A stretch of DNA of 64,000 bases, from the NCBI GenBank assembly GCA_964019335.1, contig OZ025708.1, forward strand, positions 248,001-312,000, in the 5' to 3' direction. Source of the stretch: Diplonema japonicum (Eukaryota; Protista; Euglenozoa: Diplonemea). Below are positions 21,101 through 34,184 of the stretch, in pieces (position 1 is the stretch's first letter; each line of letters opens with the position of its first letter). Both the position numbers and the translations under genes were made by a program. The notes under the pieces are model-generated. The model was not told the DNA's origin. It searched no databases and saw only the letters and a list, made by a program, of their open reading frames with translations.

Positions 21101-24100
21101 TCGCAACCGGCGATCTTCAATGCAGAGCTTGTTATCAAGCTACGCACGGTGGAGTTCTCACCGAATCTTGAAGAGTTGCAACGTTGTGTGAACCGCATCG
21201 CACGGTCGATTCTCGAGTCAGCAAGGGGGATCTTTCGTTGGAGGCAGGACGGGAAGGCGCCTCAGAACTACGATGTGGTCGAATACCAATCTGCAGTACT
21301 CCGAACGGAAAACGCGGCCAGGAAGATCGAGGGCTCGGAGACCCAGACAGAACGCGCCGATGACTCGTCGTCCGACTCGGAGGTGGATTTCCCCAAATCC
21401 CGTTTGAAATCCCTGTTTCTTCGCATCGGTAAAAACCGCAGGATGACGAAGGTGTTCTTGCAACTGACAGGCGCCGTCAGCTCGTTGCAAGACCAGCTCC
21501 AAACGTTCCTCCACCAGTTCAGCTTTTACGACACACTCTTACGCGGGAACCGTGCGGACCAATTGGAGGCTTTCAACGAAACCCCGAAAACATTCGACGA
21601 GTACGAGACGCAGATCAAGAAATACCACACCTTGGAGAAGGATATCACGTCGCTGCCGGACACGCACACGATTGGGTGTTTGAGCATCGACATGACGAAG
21701 ATAAAGACTTACTTGAACACGGAGGCTGCCGCGTGGAAGACAGCGTTCGGGATGAGCCTCAACAGCAGGGTGCGGAACGAGATGGACGACCTCACGCACG
21801 CCATGGAAGAGATCCAAGCAAAACTGAACAGAAAGGTCCACGACCTCACAGATGTCAACAACATCATGACCGTCATCGCTAAGCTCAGACTCGACGAGTC
21901 TGAAATCGACATGAAGCTGCAGCCTATTGTGACTGCTTACGACGTACTGTACCGTTACACTGTAAAGGTGACCCGCGAAGAACAGGATCAGGTCGACAAA
22001 ATCGGGTACCAATGGAACGATCTCGTCGCGCAGTCTCGGACCATCATGGACCAGCTGCAAGACGTCGGCCCGCAGTTTAAAAGGGTTTTGCTCGGGGATG
22101 TCGCTGCCTTCCAAAACCAAGTCCGTGCGTTCAAACATGACTACGACACCAACGGGCCGATGGTCAAGCACATCGAGCCTCGTCTCGCCGTCGAACGGCT
22201 TAAAGTCTTCCAAAAACAATTCGTGGAGTGCAAGCGCAAGGTCACGGAGTACTGCATGGGTGAGGAGCTCTTCGGGCTCCCCATCACAAAGTACCCCGAG
22301 GTGAACCAGATTGAACGGGAGCTCAAGCTGCTGAACCGTCTGTACGATTTGTACACAGAGGTGCTAGCTAAAAAAGCGCAGTTTGAAGAGCAACCGTGGA
22401 TAGAGGTTGAAATCGATAAAATGAAGCAGATCATGAACACGTACCACGACAGAGTGAGGAAGCTGTCATCGACGATCAGAGACTGGGAAGGGTACCAAGA
22501 GCTGCGGGAGATCGTGACGGAACTGAGCGACACCATACCCATTCTGGAGCTTCTGCTGATGAAGTGCGTCCAACCACGTCATTGGGCACAGCTGACGACA
22601 GTTGTGGGGGCCACGCTCAACCCAAAACATCCGGAGTTTCGCCTGCGTAACGTACTGGACGCGAAGCTGGTGACGATCCGGTCCGAGGTGGAGGAGATCA
22701 CCACCGCCGCGCAAAAAGAAGCAGACATCGAACTGAAGCTCCACAGGATCAAGGACGAATGGAGCGAGAAGCAAGTCGTCCTCGCCCCGTTCAAAAACCG
22801 CGGCTTGGTCACCCTCCGTCCCGACGCAACATCCAGTTTGATCAGCAAGATCGAAGAGGCGCAGACTGTTCTAACAACGCTTTTGTCCAGCCGGTTCAAC
22901 ACACCTTTCAAGAAAGACATAATGGTTTGGATCAGCAAGCTCACCACAACCCAGGAACGCCTCGGCGAGTGGCTTGAAGTCCAACACCTATGGATCTACA
23001 TGGAAGCAGTCTTTTCAGGATCCTGCGACATCGGGAAGGAAATGCCCGCCGAGGTCAAACGGTTCAGCAACATCGACCGGCAGTGGACAAAGATCATGCG
23101 GTCAGCAGGTGAGACACCGAACATCCTGAAACTCTGCGTGCACTCTGACATGCTGTCGAATTTATTGCCGCACCTTCGGTTGTACCTGGACATGTGTCAG
23201 AAGTCACTGTCCGGGTATCTGAGCAACAAGAGAAAAGTACAGCCTAGGTTCTTCTTCGTGTCCAACCCCCAACTGTTGGAGATTCTAGGGCAGGCTTGCA
23301 ACCCTGCGACCATCGAGCACCACTTGCTGTCAATATCGAACAACATCCATAAGCTAGTGTTCAACGGCGATCTCATCGTGGGAATCGTCAGCTGCGAAGG
23401 CGAGCAGGTGAATCTAGAGACACCCGTCCCCACGACGCGCGATGTTGTGGAATGGCTGCAACTGCTTTTGGAGGAATCGGTTTCAACACTGAAGAGGCAC
23501 GCGAAGTGTGTGATCCGAGACATCGCACTTTTGGACAACACAACTATCCCGCACGCTTTGAAAACGTTCATCGAGTCAACACCGGCACAACTGTGCTTTC
23601 TCGGGCTGAAAATGCTCTGGACCACTGACACCGAAGCTGCGCTGTCCCTGCAGAAGGTCGAAAAGGGCATCCTCCCGAATAAGATACGGAAGCACAAGCA
23701 AATCCTCGAGACGCTTGTGGGCATCGTTCGCGGGCACCTGCTGCCCAACCAGATCAGGTGCTGCACGGAAAGTCTAATCACCACGCAGTACCACCAGTAC
23801 GAGATCTTGTTGTCGTTGCAGAAATGCGGGAAGAAGATCAAATCGCCGGCCGACTTCGAGTGGTTGAAACAAGCCAGGTACTACTGGAAGATCGACAAGG
23901 ACACCTGCCAGATATCCATCGCTGACGTTGATTTCGACTACGGCTTCGAATACATGGGGTCCGTGGAAAAGTTAGTAATGAACGATCTGACCGACAGGCT
24001 GTACATCTCATTCACGCAAGCCTTGGGAATGGGCTACGGAGGGTGCCCCATCGGGCCAGCGGGGACAGGTAAGACGGAGTCTGTGAAGGATCTAGGAAGG

Positions 24101-27100
24101 TCATTCGGACGATACGTTATCGTGACTAACTGTTCCGATCAGTTAACTGTGACGGCCTTTGGAAACATGTTGAAAGGCGTGGCGACAGGCGGGTGTTGGT
24201 GTGCGTTCGACGAGATAAATCGGGTCGACGTCCGTGTGCTGTCCGTCGTCGCCGCTCACGTGTCATGCATTCTCAACGGGAGGAGAAACAGGCAGACGGA
24301 GATCTTGTTCCCGGACGGGACAGTTGCGAAGCTAAGCCCGATGAGCTCGTTGTTCGCAACACTGAACCCGTCCGTGAACGGGTACCAAGGCAGGGTCGAC
24401 CTCCCTGAAAACCTAAAATCGTTGTTCCGTTGCGTGGCAGTCGTGGTCCCCGACAGGCACTCCATCATCCGCGTGAGGCTCGCTTCAACAGGTTTTACCG
24501 ACGCCGCCAACCTCTCTCGAAAATTCGAAATGCTGTACCAGCTTTGCGAAGAACAACTGTCCCAGCAGAAGCAGTACGATTTCGGGCTTCGAAATGCGAT
24601 CTCCATCCTGAGAAGATGCGGGGGGAAACTCGTTCCGCTGAACCAACAGTCGGCTGGGTCGTCCATATCAGGGCTACACCCGCCATCGACTTTGAACAGC
24701 AAATCCTCCATCAGCCTCGATGCAACTTCTGAGAAGTCTCTTCTCGTCGGCGAGCTGCGCAAAGCGAACCTGTCAAAGCTGAACGGTGCCGACGGGCTTC
24801 TGTTCGCGGATCTGCTCAACGACATCTTCCCGGGGTCCAAAACGGTTGGGTTCAGCACTGACAGTTCGCTGGAGCAGTGCATCTCGCAAGAGATCAAATC
24901 CCTGGAGCTCGTGTCCTCCCCGGAATGGGAGAACAAGGTGTCCCAGACGTACCACCAATGCGCCGTGAGGCAAGGCGTCTGTCTCATGGGCGACACAACT
25001 GTAGGAAAATCCACCATTGCGAGGGTGGTGGCCAACACGATGAGCACGATGTGCAGCGCAAAGGTCCGGTTCAACAAAATCAACCCGAAAACGCTGTCTG
25101 TAGGGGAGATCTACGGGAAGTACGACAAGTTCTCAGGGGACTGGACGGATGGGATTTTCACGTCGTTGTGGAGGCGGGCTGTGAGGAGGTTGGATGTCTT
25201 GAACTGGGTAGTCCTGGACGGGCCCATCGACCCGCACTGGGCTGAGTCTTTGAACACGGTTTTGGACGACACGAAACTCCTGACATTGCCGAACAACGAA
25301 AGGCTGGGTCTGCCGGGCAATCTTCACTTGCTGTTCGAAGTCGGATCCTTACAAAACGCATCGCCCTCGACTGTATCGCGACTCGGAATGGTGTTTATCC
25401 CACAACGATGTTTAAAATGGACAGTTCTCTTGGAATCGTGGGCTCAGAAACACAAACAAATACTAAGGTCGCACACTGACAGCATCACCGAGCTGTACAC
25501 AAAGTGCGTCCCGCAGCTGCTCCAAACCGTTCAAACCGAGTGCGATCAGAAGCTTCCGTTGACCGACCAGATTTTCGTCATAAACATGCTTCGGCTCAAC
25601 AGCGGGCTCTTCACTGATGGCGTCGGGAAGATCGCGAACATACATTCACCGTTGGCCCGTTTCAGCGTATTCTCGATGGCATGGGGAGCGGCCGCTTCGT
25701 TGGAGGAACCTTGCAAGCTGAGGATCGACGCGAGGCTGAGGAGTCTGAAGGTGGACATGCCAGACAACGCCTCGATTTTCGATGTTTTCGTGGACCCGGT
25801 TTCCGGGAAATACGAAACATGGGTGACGCCCCCGCCGTCTGCGTTTGTCTGCCCTGTGGACGATTTACACAAAGGTTACGTTCAAACCAAGGAAAGCTTG
25901 CAGTTTGCCCACGTGATGACAGTGGCCATGCGAAAAATGCCGAATTGTCCCAACGAAACGAAAAACACCCTTGTGGTGGGGAAGTCTGGGGTGGGGAAGA
26001 CAACCCTTGTCCTGAACACGTTCAAGGAGCTGTGTCGGTCCGGAACGGTTTTATCCAAACACCTCAGTCTGTCCAGTGCATCGACCCCCGTTGGGCTGCA
26101 ACACCTCATCGAAGGCTTCGTCGATAAAATCTCTGGATCGAACTGGGGCCCACCCCCGGGCACCGTTTTAAATATTTTCATAGATGATCTATCAATGCCC
26201 GCGCCCAACGAGTACGGGGACCAGCCGACCCTGGAGTTTATCAGACAGATCGTTGACGATGGGTACTTCTACACGAAAACCCGCTTGGAAACCGCCGAAA
26301 AGATCATTCTCGTGTGCACGCAGCTGATCTCAACCATGGACCACCCAACCTACGAGCGGAACATCCCGGAAAGGTTGAAACAGCACTTTTTCATCATGAA
26401 CGCCACACAGCCTCCTCCCGAATCGCTGGATCACATTTTCAACGTTATCTTGCAAACGCATTTCGCGTCGCAGCCGTACAACCACAGCGTGGTGCAGGCG
26501 GTCAAAAAGCTCGTGACGGCGGCAAGAATCTTGTGGCAGGAAATCAAAGCAAAACTGATACCCGTGCCTGGGAAGGAACATTACATCTTCACCCTCCGCG
26601 ATCTGTCTAGGCTCGCATTGGGCTTAACACGTTCCGACAGCGACAGCGTAGTAACGGTTATGGACCTAGCGCTGCTTTATGAGAATGAGGCACGAAGAGT
26701 GTTCGTTGACAGGCTAGACGAGACAGATGTTGACTGGGTCACGAAACGATACGCTCTGGGTGTGGAGCAGGCGTTGGGCACAGTCATTTCCCGAGGCCTA
26801 CTCAAGGAGGAAAATCTATGGGCGCACTTTCTACAGGAAGAGCAAGAGGTCGAAGGAGACGTAATATTGGCACCGCCGAAATACAAACGAGCGGGCTGCT
26901 ACCAAGAGGTCGCACTGCGGCTGGCAACGATCCTGGAACGGTACAACGAGTACCACCCGAAGAAACAAATGAAGCTCGTTTTATTCGACTTCGCTGTGAG
27001 ACAGCTTCTTCAAATATCGCGGGGCTTGCACACGAAAAGCACCTCGCTCATGCTCATCGGGTCGCCTGGTAGCGGTCGGAGGAACCTCTCACGTCTCGCC

Positions 27101-30100
27101 GCGTTCACAGCGGGGCACACCTTCTTTGAGATCCCGTCCACGAACTACCCCGTGCACAGCTTCATGGAGAATTTAAGGGAGCTGCACAAAGTGTCGGCGA
27201 TTGGCTCTCCAGTGACGATCCTTGCGTCGGAGATGACGCTGCAACAGGAGAGCTTTTTAGATGTGATAAACATAATTCTGTCGAACGGTGAGGTTCCGGG
27301 TCTGCACCAGAAGGACGAGCTGGAACTCTTGTTCGAAGACTTGCAGCCGTACATCGATGATGACGATCCTTCGCACGACGCGTTGCTGAAGTGCTACAGC
27401 GAGCGGGTTCGCGACAATTTGCACATTGTGCTGTACTATTCCTCGGGGGTGTCCGAGGGCTTCACATCGAAGATCAGGCGGTTCCCGTCGTTGGTGAAGT
27501 GTTGCGTGATCAACATCTTCCGAGACTGGCCCGAAAACGCGTTAGTAGTTACGGCAGCGGAGCGATTCAAAACACTTCCGGTGCCCAAGAACGGCCTGCA
27601 AGGTACGAGCAGAGAGGTCCTCGCAGCACACGCAGCAAAGATGCACACCGTCGTTCAGAATTTCAACAAAACCTACGCCTCGGAACAGGGGAAAACCGTC
27701 TTCGTGCCTCCTGGGAGGTTTCTGTTCTATTTGGACGTTTACTGTGAAGAGTACGTAAAACAGTTAACCGAGATCGAGGCCAAGCAGAAGACGACGGAGA
27801 CAGGGCTGGCCACCCTCGCTGAGGCCCACGAGGACATTTCCGTCATGAAGCGCTCTTTAAACGACAAGCAGCTGATTTTAGACGGTGCGGCAAACCAGCT
27901 TGAAATCCTCCTGTCGGATATACGATCGCAAGCGGACATCGCTGCTAAGCAAACGACGGAGGTCGAGACCAGCAGGAACGAGCTCGCAGCACAAGCTTCG
28001 AAAATCCAAATCGAAAAAGACGAAGCAGCAATCCAGCTCGCCGCCGCGGAGCCTGCAATGAAGGCAGCGGAAGAAGCCCTGCACACCATCAAACCCGAGG
28101 ACATCGCAACCCTGAAACGTCTACCGAACCCTCCAATGCTGATCCGGAGAATAATGGACGGGGTGCTTATACTAAGAAGCCTGCCCATTGACAACCCTGC
28201 CGGGTGGGAACTGGACGCTGTGGGCACGAAAGTTCTCAAACCGTCCTGGGCTCAAGGTAAAGCCATGGCACTCGACTTCCGCTTCCTCCAGCAGCTCCAG
28301 GATTTCCCCAAGGACAGTGTGAATGATGAGCATTGCGAGCTCCTTGCCCCGTACCTCGCCATGGAAGACTTCACCGTAGACAGGGCAAAGGCTGTATGTG
28401 GGTCGTTGGCAGGACTCTGCACATGGTTGCGGATGATGACGATTTACCACAGCTTCGCAAAAGCCATCGCTCCGAAAAGACAGTTGGTCTCGGTGACGGA
28501 GGCGCAGCTGTACAAAGCAAAAATGCTGTTGAAAAAGAGCGAGAAGGACCTCGGGGAAAAACAAGTGGAGCTGGAGGACATGAAAGCCAAGTTTCGCCAA
28601 GCCCTCGACGCAAAAACATCGTTGCAACAAGACGCGGAGGCCATCAAGCGAAGGCTGATCACGGCAGAGACGTTGCTAGGAGGCCTCGACGCCGAACGGG
28701 AGCGGTGGAACATCCACGTTTCGAACAGCAACGACACGAAGGGCAAACTGGAGGGCAATGTGGCCCGCCTGTCCGCGTTCATGTGCTACTGCCCTCCGTT
28801 CTCCCACACCTATCGTACTTCCTTGATGCACGAGGTGGTGCAGGATCTGAAGGGAAAGCACATACCCCAGTCGACAAAGGCGGAGATCGAGCATCTTATA
28901 ATGGACGGCCACAAGAAACGTTCGTGGGCATTGACGGGGCTGGCGTTGGACCAGCATTCAACGCAGAACGCTGTGCTGATAGAAACATCGCGAAAGAAGA
29001 TATTCCTCATCGACCCTCAAGGACAAGGAAGACGATGGATCGCAAAGCGCAACCCAACCGCATGTACAACCTCGGTAGAGTCGAAGGAATGGGTCAAGAC
29101 AGTCGGTGTCGCAGCACGAGAAGGGAAACCTGTCATTCTCGAAGGTGTCGATCACGACATTCCCACGATCCTGCAACAGGTTGTTCACTCCAACGTGGCG
29201 GTTGATGTCCTGCAGCTTGGGGATCTGGAGGTAGAAATCGCACCCGGATTCGACATATTCTTCGTGTCAAGCCTCACCAACCCGGACCTGCACCCAGACG
29301 TATTTACCAAGATGACCGTGATCGACTTCGCTGATACATTGTCCGGCCTCACTGACCGTCTGCTCAGCACTGTTATACGGTACGAACGGCCTGCGTTGGA
29401 GGAGGACAGATTGGTTTTGATTGAGGAAATGTTGAGCTGTGAGATCGATCTCGCGAACTGCGAAGCGGAAATCCTCGCAAGGCTGTCGTTGGGCGGCGAG
29501 ACACGACTGCTGGACGACGGGGTCCTCATCGAGATGCTATCGAACACGAAGGAACGGGCGTCGGAGATCTCCGAACGGTTGGCAGGATGCACCGAAGCAA
29601 ACGCGAAAATCGCAGCCGCACGAGACGAATACCGAGCAGTCGCCCATCGAGGAGCCATCATCTATCTCGCGATCTCAGATATGGCAAATGTTAAACCCGT
29701 CTACAACGTGAGCCTGGAGCAGTTCGAGGAGCAGTTCGAAGCCAGCATCTTGCAAGCAACGCCAAACCCGTATCCTCCCAAGCGTGTTGCAAACATCGTG
29801 GAGCACGAGACCGAGCATCTTGTGGGGCACATGAAGCGTGGGTACTACTCCTCGGACCAGCAGACCTTCATCACACTGGTCTCGCTCGAGATACAGATTC
29901 ACAGCAACTCGATCACCCAAAACGAAGTGAGCTGTTTGCTCTCGCACGTGGCCGGCCCTGCGTCAGATGTGTCGCAGCAGGTGACATGGATGTCTCTTGA
30001 AGAATGGTCATCACTGCACATTCTCGAGAAGAAGGTGAAGGCATTGAGCACGATAAAAACATCCATTATATCATCGGAACCAGAGTGGCAGAACTGGTAC

Positions 30101-32062
30101 AAAGGAACCGCTCCCGAGGAGCTTCCCCTGCCCGGGTTGGAAGACCGTCTCACGCTGTTTCAAAAGGTGTTGGTCGTCCGCGTGCTCCGCCCCGATAGAA
30201 CGGGGATCGTGCTTGCAAAATGGTGCAAATCCGTGTTGGGCCCGAAGGCGGTGCGGTCTGCCCCTCTGGATTTCTCATGCCTGACAAAAAAGTCATCTTT
30301 GACCCCGGTTCTGTGTTTGCTGTCACCAGGAGTCGACCCCATCCTACCCATCGATTCGCTAGGAAGAAAATCCAGGGTACCTCTCATTCAGATTTCCATG
30401 GGTGATGGTCAAGCCGACTACGCACTACGCGCGGTCAGTGCGGCGTTGGAAGAAGGCAACTGGATCGTTATTCAGAACGTGCATCTTGCACCACATTTTC
30501 TAACCGACCTGCTAGCGTTGACAACAAGCCTCAAGACTGCTCCAAACCCAGCGAGTTCCATTTGGTTGACTACACTGCCGAGCGACGAGTTTTCCACGAC
30601 CGCTCTGCAGCAGTGTGTCAAAGTTGCGATCGAGCAACCGAAGGGCATCTCTGCGGGCTTGTCACAGGCTTTCCAACAGATCACGCAGGACCAGCTCGAG
30701 TCGATCCATCAAAAGGAGTGGCGGGTCCTAGTTTTCACGCTGTGCTTCTTCCACATCACGCTCATCGAAAGAAACCGGTTCGGTTCGTTGGGGTGGTCTG
30801 TTCCTTATGACTTTTCCACACACGATCTGACAGCTTCTATGTCATTCCTCTACAACTATCTGTACACGGATGTTAAACGTGGCATATCTTGGACCACGAT
30901 TCAATACATGCTGTGTGATGTGCAGTACGGTGGTCGTGTGACGAACCTTTTCGACAGCAAGATATTGTCAGCGATGGGTGAGAACTGGCTGGTGGAGGAG
31001 CTTCTCGACGGGGCGTCCGGGTTCACCTTCGCGCCAAATTTTCGAGCCCCGGACTTTTCAACCATTGACGAGTATTTGAAGTACATCAACGGGCTTCCTT
31101 CAGAGACCCCAGCACAGGTCTTCGGGTTGCAATCAAACGCTGAAATATCAGCGAATCTCGTTGCTTCAACGCGGCTTATTGAGAGTCTTAGCGAGATACG
31201 GCATAACAGAGAGTCGTCGATGGACTACCAACGTGATAGGTCAAACACTGTGATGCTCGCTACGCGGGAGCTCATTGAGAAGCTGAAGCAGACCTTCGAT
31301 CTTGCGTCTGCGGAGAGTTTAAAACGGCTCCCCGTCACCCCGTTGACGCTTTTCCTGCGTCGGGAGGTCGCCCTCATCCAAAACCTCATCTCCGCTGTCG
31401 TGCTGTGCTGCAAACGCCTCCAAGAAATAGTGTCATCCGGTTCAGTCCTATCCGACGAGTTTCAAAATATCTTCACGCAACTGTCCATGGGAAAAGTTCC
31501 CAGCGAATGGGTTAAGATTTCATGGGGTGGGTCCGGGTTTGGTTTTTGGACGGAAAGCCTGCTCTCGCGGGTGGCGCAATTGCAAACCTGGATGTTGAAA
31601 GGCGCCCCGAAGTGTTTCTGGCTACCAGGATTTTTAAACCCAAAGGCTTTAGTCTCCGTTCTGAAACAAGAGTACATCCGCCCTCACGCGCCAGCTTGGA
31701 CCTTAGACAGCGTGGGTATTCGAGTAGATGTCACAAAACACTCAGGGGAAGGGCACTTTTCATCCGAAGAAGGGGTTTATTATCTCTCCGGTCTTTATCT
31801 AGTTGCGGGGACGTGGGATAGGGCTGCGTGCCAGCTCGTGGACCCCCCTCATAAGAATATTTACAACCCGCTCCCCGTGCTGAGGTTGCTCTGCATGAAT
31901 GCTACTCCACCGGACGTGAAATGCTTCATGTGTCCGCTGTTCAGGGACACTCGGAAAACACATGAAAACTTCATATTCAATATCACAATGAGAAGCGAGC
32001 AGGCGTCTGACACGTGGGTGTTACGGGGTACAGCAGCTATATGCAATATAGACACGCACTGA
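18158..32062 (+). CDS. Axonemal dynein heavy chain, outer-arm DNAH5/DNAH8 (gamma)-type tail, intronless (4634 aa)
   Basis: Tail motifs GPDIELEYWK, NEAKDN.KYL and YYNTSERLTGLFVKITNQ. Also PRFFFVS, P1 GPAGTGKTE, YDFGLR, VLDGPID..WAESLNTVLDD.K.LTLPN, stalk, and C-terminal WVLRGTA. Confidence 0.97.
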
Positions 32063-32366
32063 TGATGGCTCATGGATCTCTCTCTCCCCCCCCCTCAAAA
32101 AAGTTGTTTACACCCCCGAAGTTACCCCGAGTTTTTTTTTTCCTTTTTTTTCTTTTGGAAAAAAAAAAAAAAAAAAAAATAGAAATATGATTTACACATA
32201 TATGGTATTTTTCAACTCTTTCTAGATTTTCTAAAGATAAGTTTTTTAACTTTTTTTTTCTTTTTCCCTTTTTTATTTCTGATTTTGTTCGTTGATGCGG
32301 AGGGGGGGGGGGGAACAACAACCAGAGGCGAGAAAAAACAAAAAAAAGAAAGAAAAAAAAACAAAA

Positions 32367-32534
32367 ATGGCCGACGAGGAAGATCGGGACTACAGCGAGG
32401 AGGAGGAGGAGGACTCCACCCTCTACAACTCTGCAGTCGTGGAGAAGTACAAGATGGCCGGTTCGTTCTGTAACATGGCCCTGAAAGAGATCATCAAGCA
32501 GGCGGCCCCTGGCGTGACGGTATGTTGGGAGGAA

Positions 32535-32572
<38 letters not shown>

Positions 32573-32666
32573 TTCTTGCGCTGGCTACTACTGGTGACAA
32601 CGTCCTGCTGGAGCAGACGGAGAAGGTGTTCAACAAGGGTAAGGGTGACGACAAGGTACTTTTTTT

Positions 32667-32728
<62 letters not shown>

Positions 32729-33816
32729 AGATCGAGAAGGGTATTGCGTTCCCCACCTGCATAAACGTGAACCAGACCGTGTGCCACTACTCACCCACCT
32801 TGGACGACACGCATCCCCCCCTTGCTGTCGGGGATGTTGTGAAGATCGACCTTGGCTGCCACGTTGATGGGTTCTGTGCCGTGGTGGCGCACACACTTGT
32901 CATCCAGGATGACATGTCTGCCGAGGTCGCTCAGACCCCCGAGTCCAATGTTGTGGCTGCGGCCTCTGCGTGCCAAGAAGCCGTGACCAGGTGCATCAGG
33001 CCCGGCGCGAAGAACACGGACATCACCGCCATCATCGAGAAGATCGCGATGGCCTTCGACGTGACCCCTGTCGAGGGTGTGCTCTCGCACGAGCTCCGTC
33101 GCTACATCATTGACGGCTCCAACGTCATTGCCAACAAGGTCGTCCCTGAGCAGCACGTTTCCCCTGTGGTATTTACAAAAAAAAAAAAGAGGGCATTTTA
33201 TTTTAAAAAAAAAATTTTTTTTTTCCCAGGAGCTCAGCGAGGCCCAGGTCTGGACCCTTGATGTTGTGTTCAGCTCTGCTCCTTACGAGACGAGGGAGAG
33301 CACCGGGAAGCTCAGGCAGGAGGAGAGCAAGACCAACATTTACAAACGCGCTCTTGACCAGTCTTACCAGCTCAAGATGAAGGCCTCCAGGGAGGTCTTC
33401 GCGGAGATCAACAAGAAGGTAACGTTTAAAAAAAAAAAAAAAAAAAAAAAATCCAGTTCCAAACGTTCCCGTTCTCCATGAGGCATCTCGACCCCAAGAA
33501 GGGTAGGTTCTGCATCAGCGAGTGCATGAAGCACGACCTTGTGAACCCCTACCCGGCCCTCAACAGCAAGTCCACTGAGACTGTCGCCCAGTTCAAGTCC
33601 ACCATCCTCATCAAGACCAACGAAATCGAGAAGGTATAATTAATCTATAAAAAAAAAAAAAAATATTAAAAAAAAAAGGTGTGCGGTTTGCCTTCCCAGG
33701 TCATCAAGACCGACAAGAAGATTGAGGACAAGGCCGTTCTTGAGGAGTGCAGCAGATCGATGCAGCTCAAGAAGAAGAAGAAGAAGAAGAAGAGCAAGGG
33801 CAAGTCCGACGAATGA
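32367..33816 (+). CDS. PA2G4: Proliferation-associated 2G4 / EBP1 (M24 peptidase fold), 6 exons, 392 aa
   Basis: Exons 32367-32519, 32572-32655, 32731-33168, 33230-33418, 33457-33633 and 33679-33816 join into one frame. The product contains VVEKYKMAG, KGIAFPTCINVN..CHYSP, KIDLGCHVDGF, VEGVLSH, YQLKMKASR, VAQFKSTIL and a Lys-rich tail. Confidence 0.93.
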
Positions 33817-34184
33817 GCAACATACAAAAAACAGATGAAAGAGAGAAGGGATATGTGAGAGGGAAAAAAAAAAAAAATAGGGGGGATTTTATTTTTTTTT
33901 AAAAAAAAACATATATGAAGAAAACGATACAAGAACTGAGGGGATGGGGGAGTGTTACAATTTTTTTTTTTTGGATGACATCACTATTATTTATTATTAT
34001 ACTTCTTTCTCTTTCATCTTTCATAAGAAACTCCATCCTCCCCCCCCCTTTTTTTCCTCTCCTATCCCATTTTTTATTGTCCCCCCCCCTTTTTTTTCCC
34101 CCCCTTCCCCTTATTTTTTTCCCCAGCCTCATTTGAAACGGAAAAAAAAATTGGAAAAAAAAGGGAGTGGGAAAAAAAAAAAAA

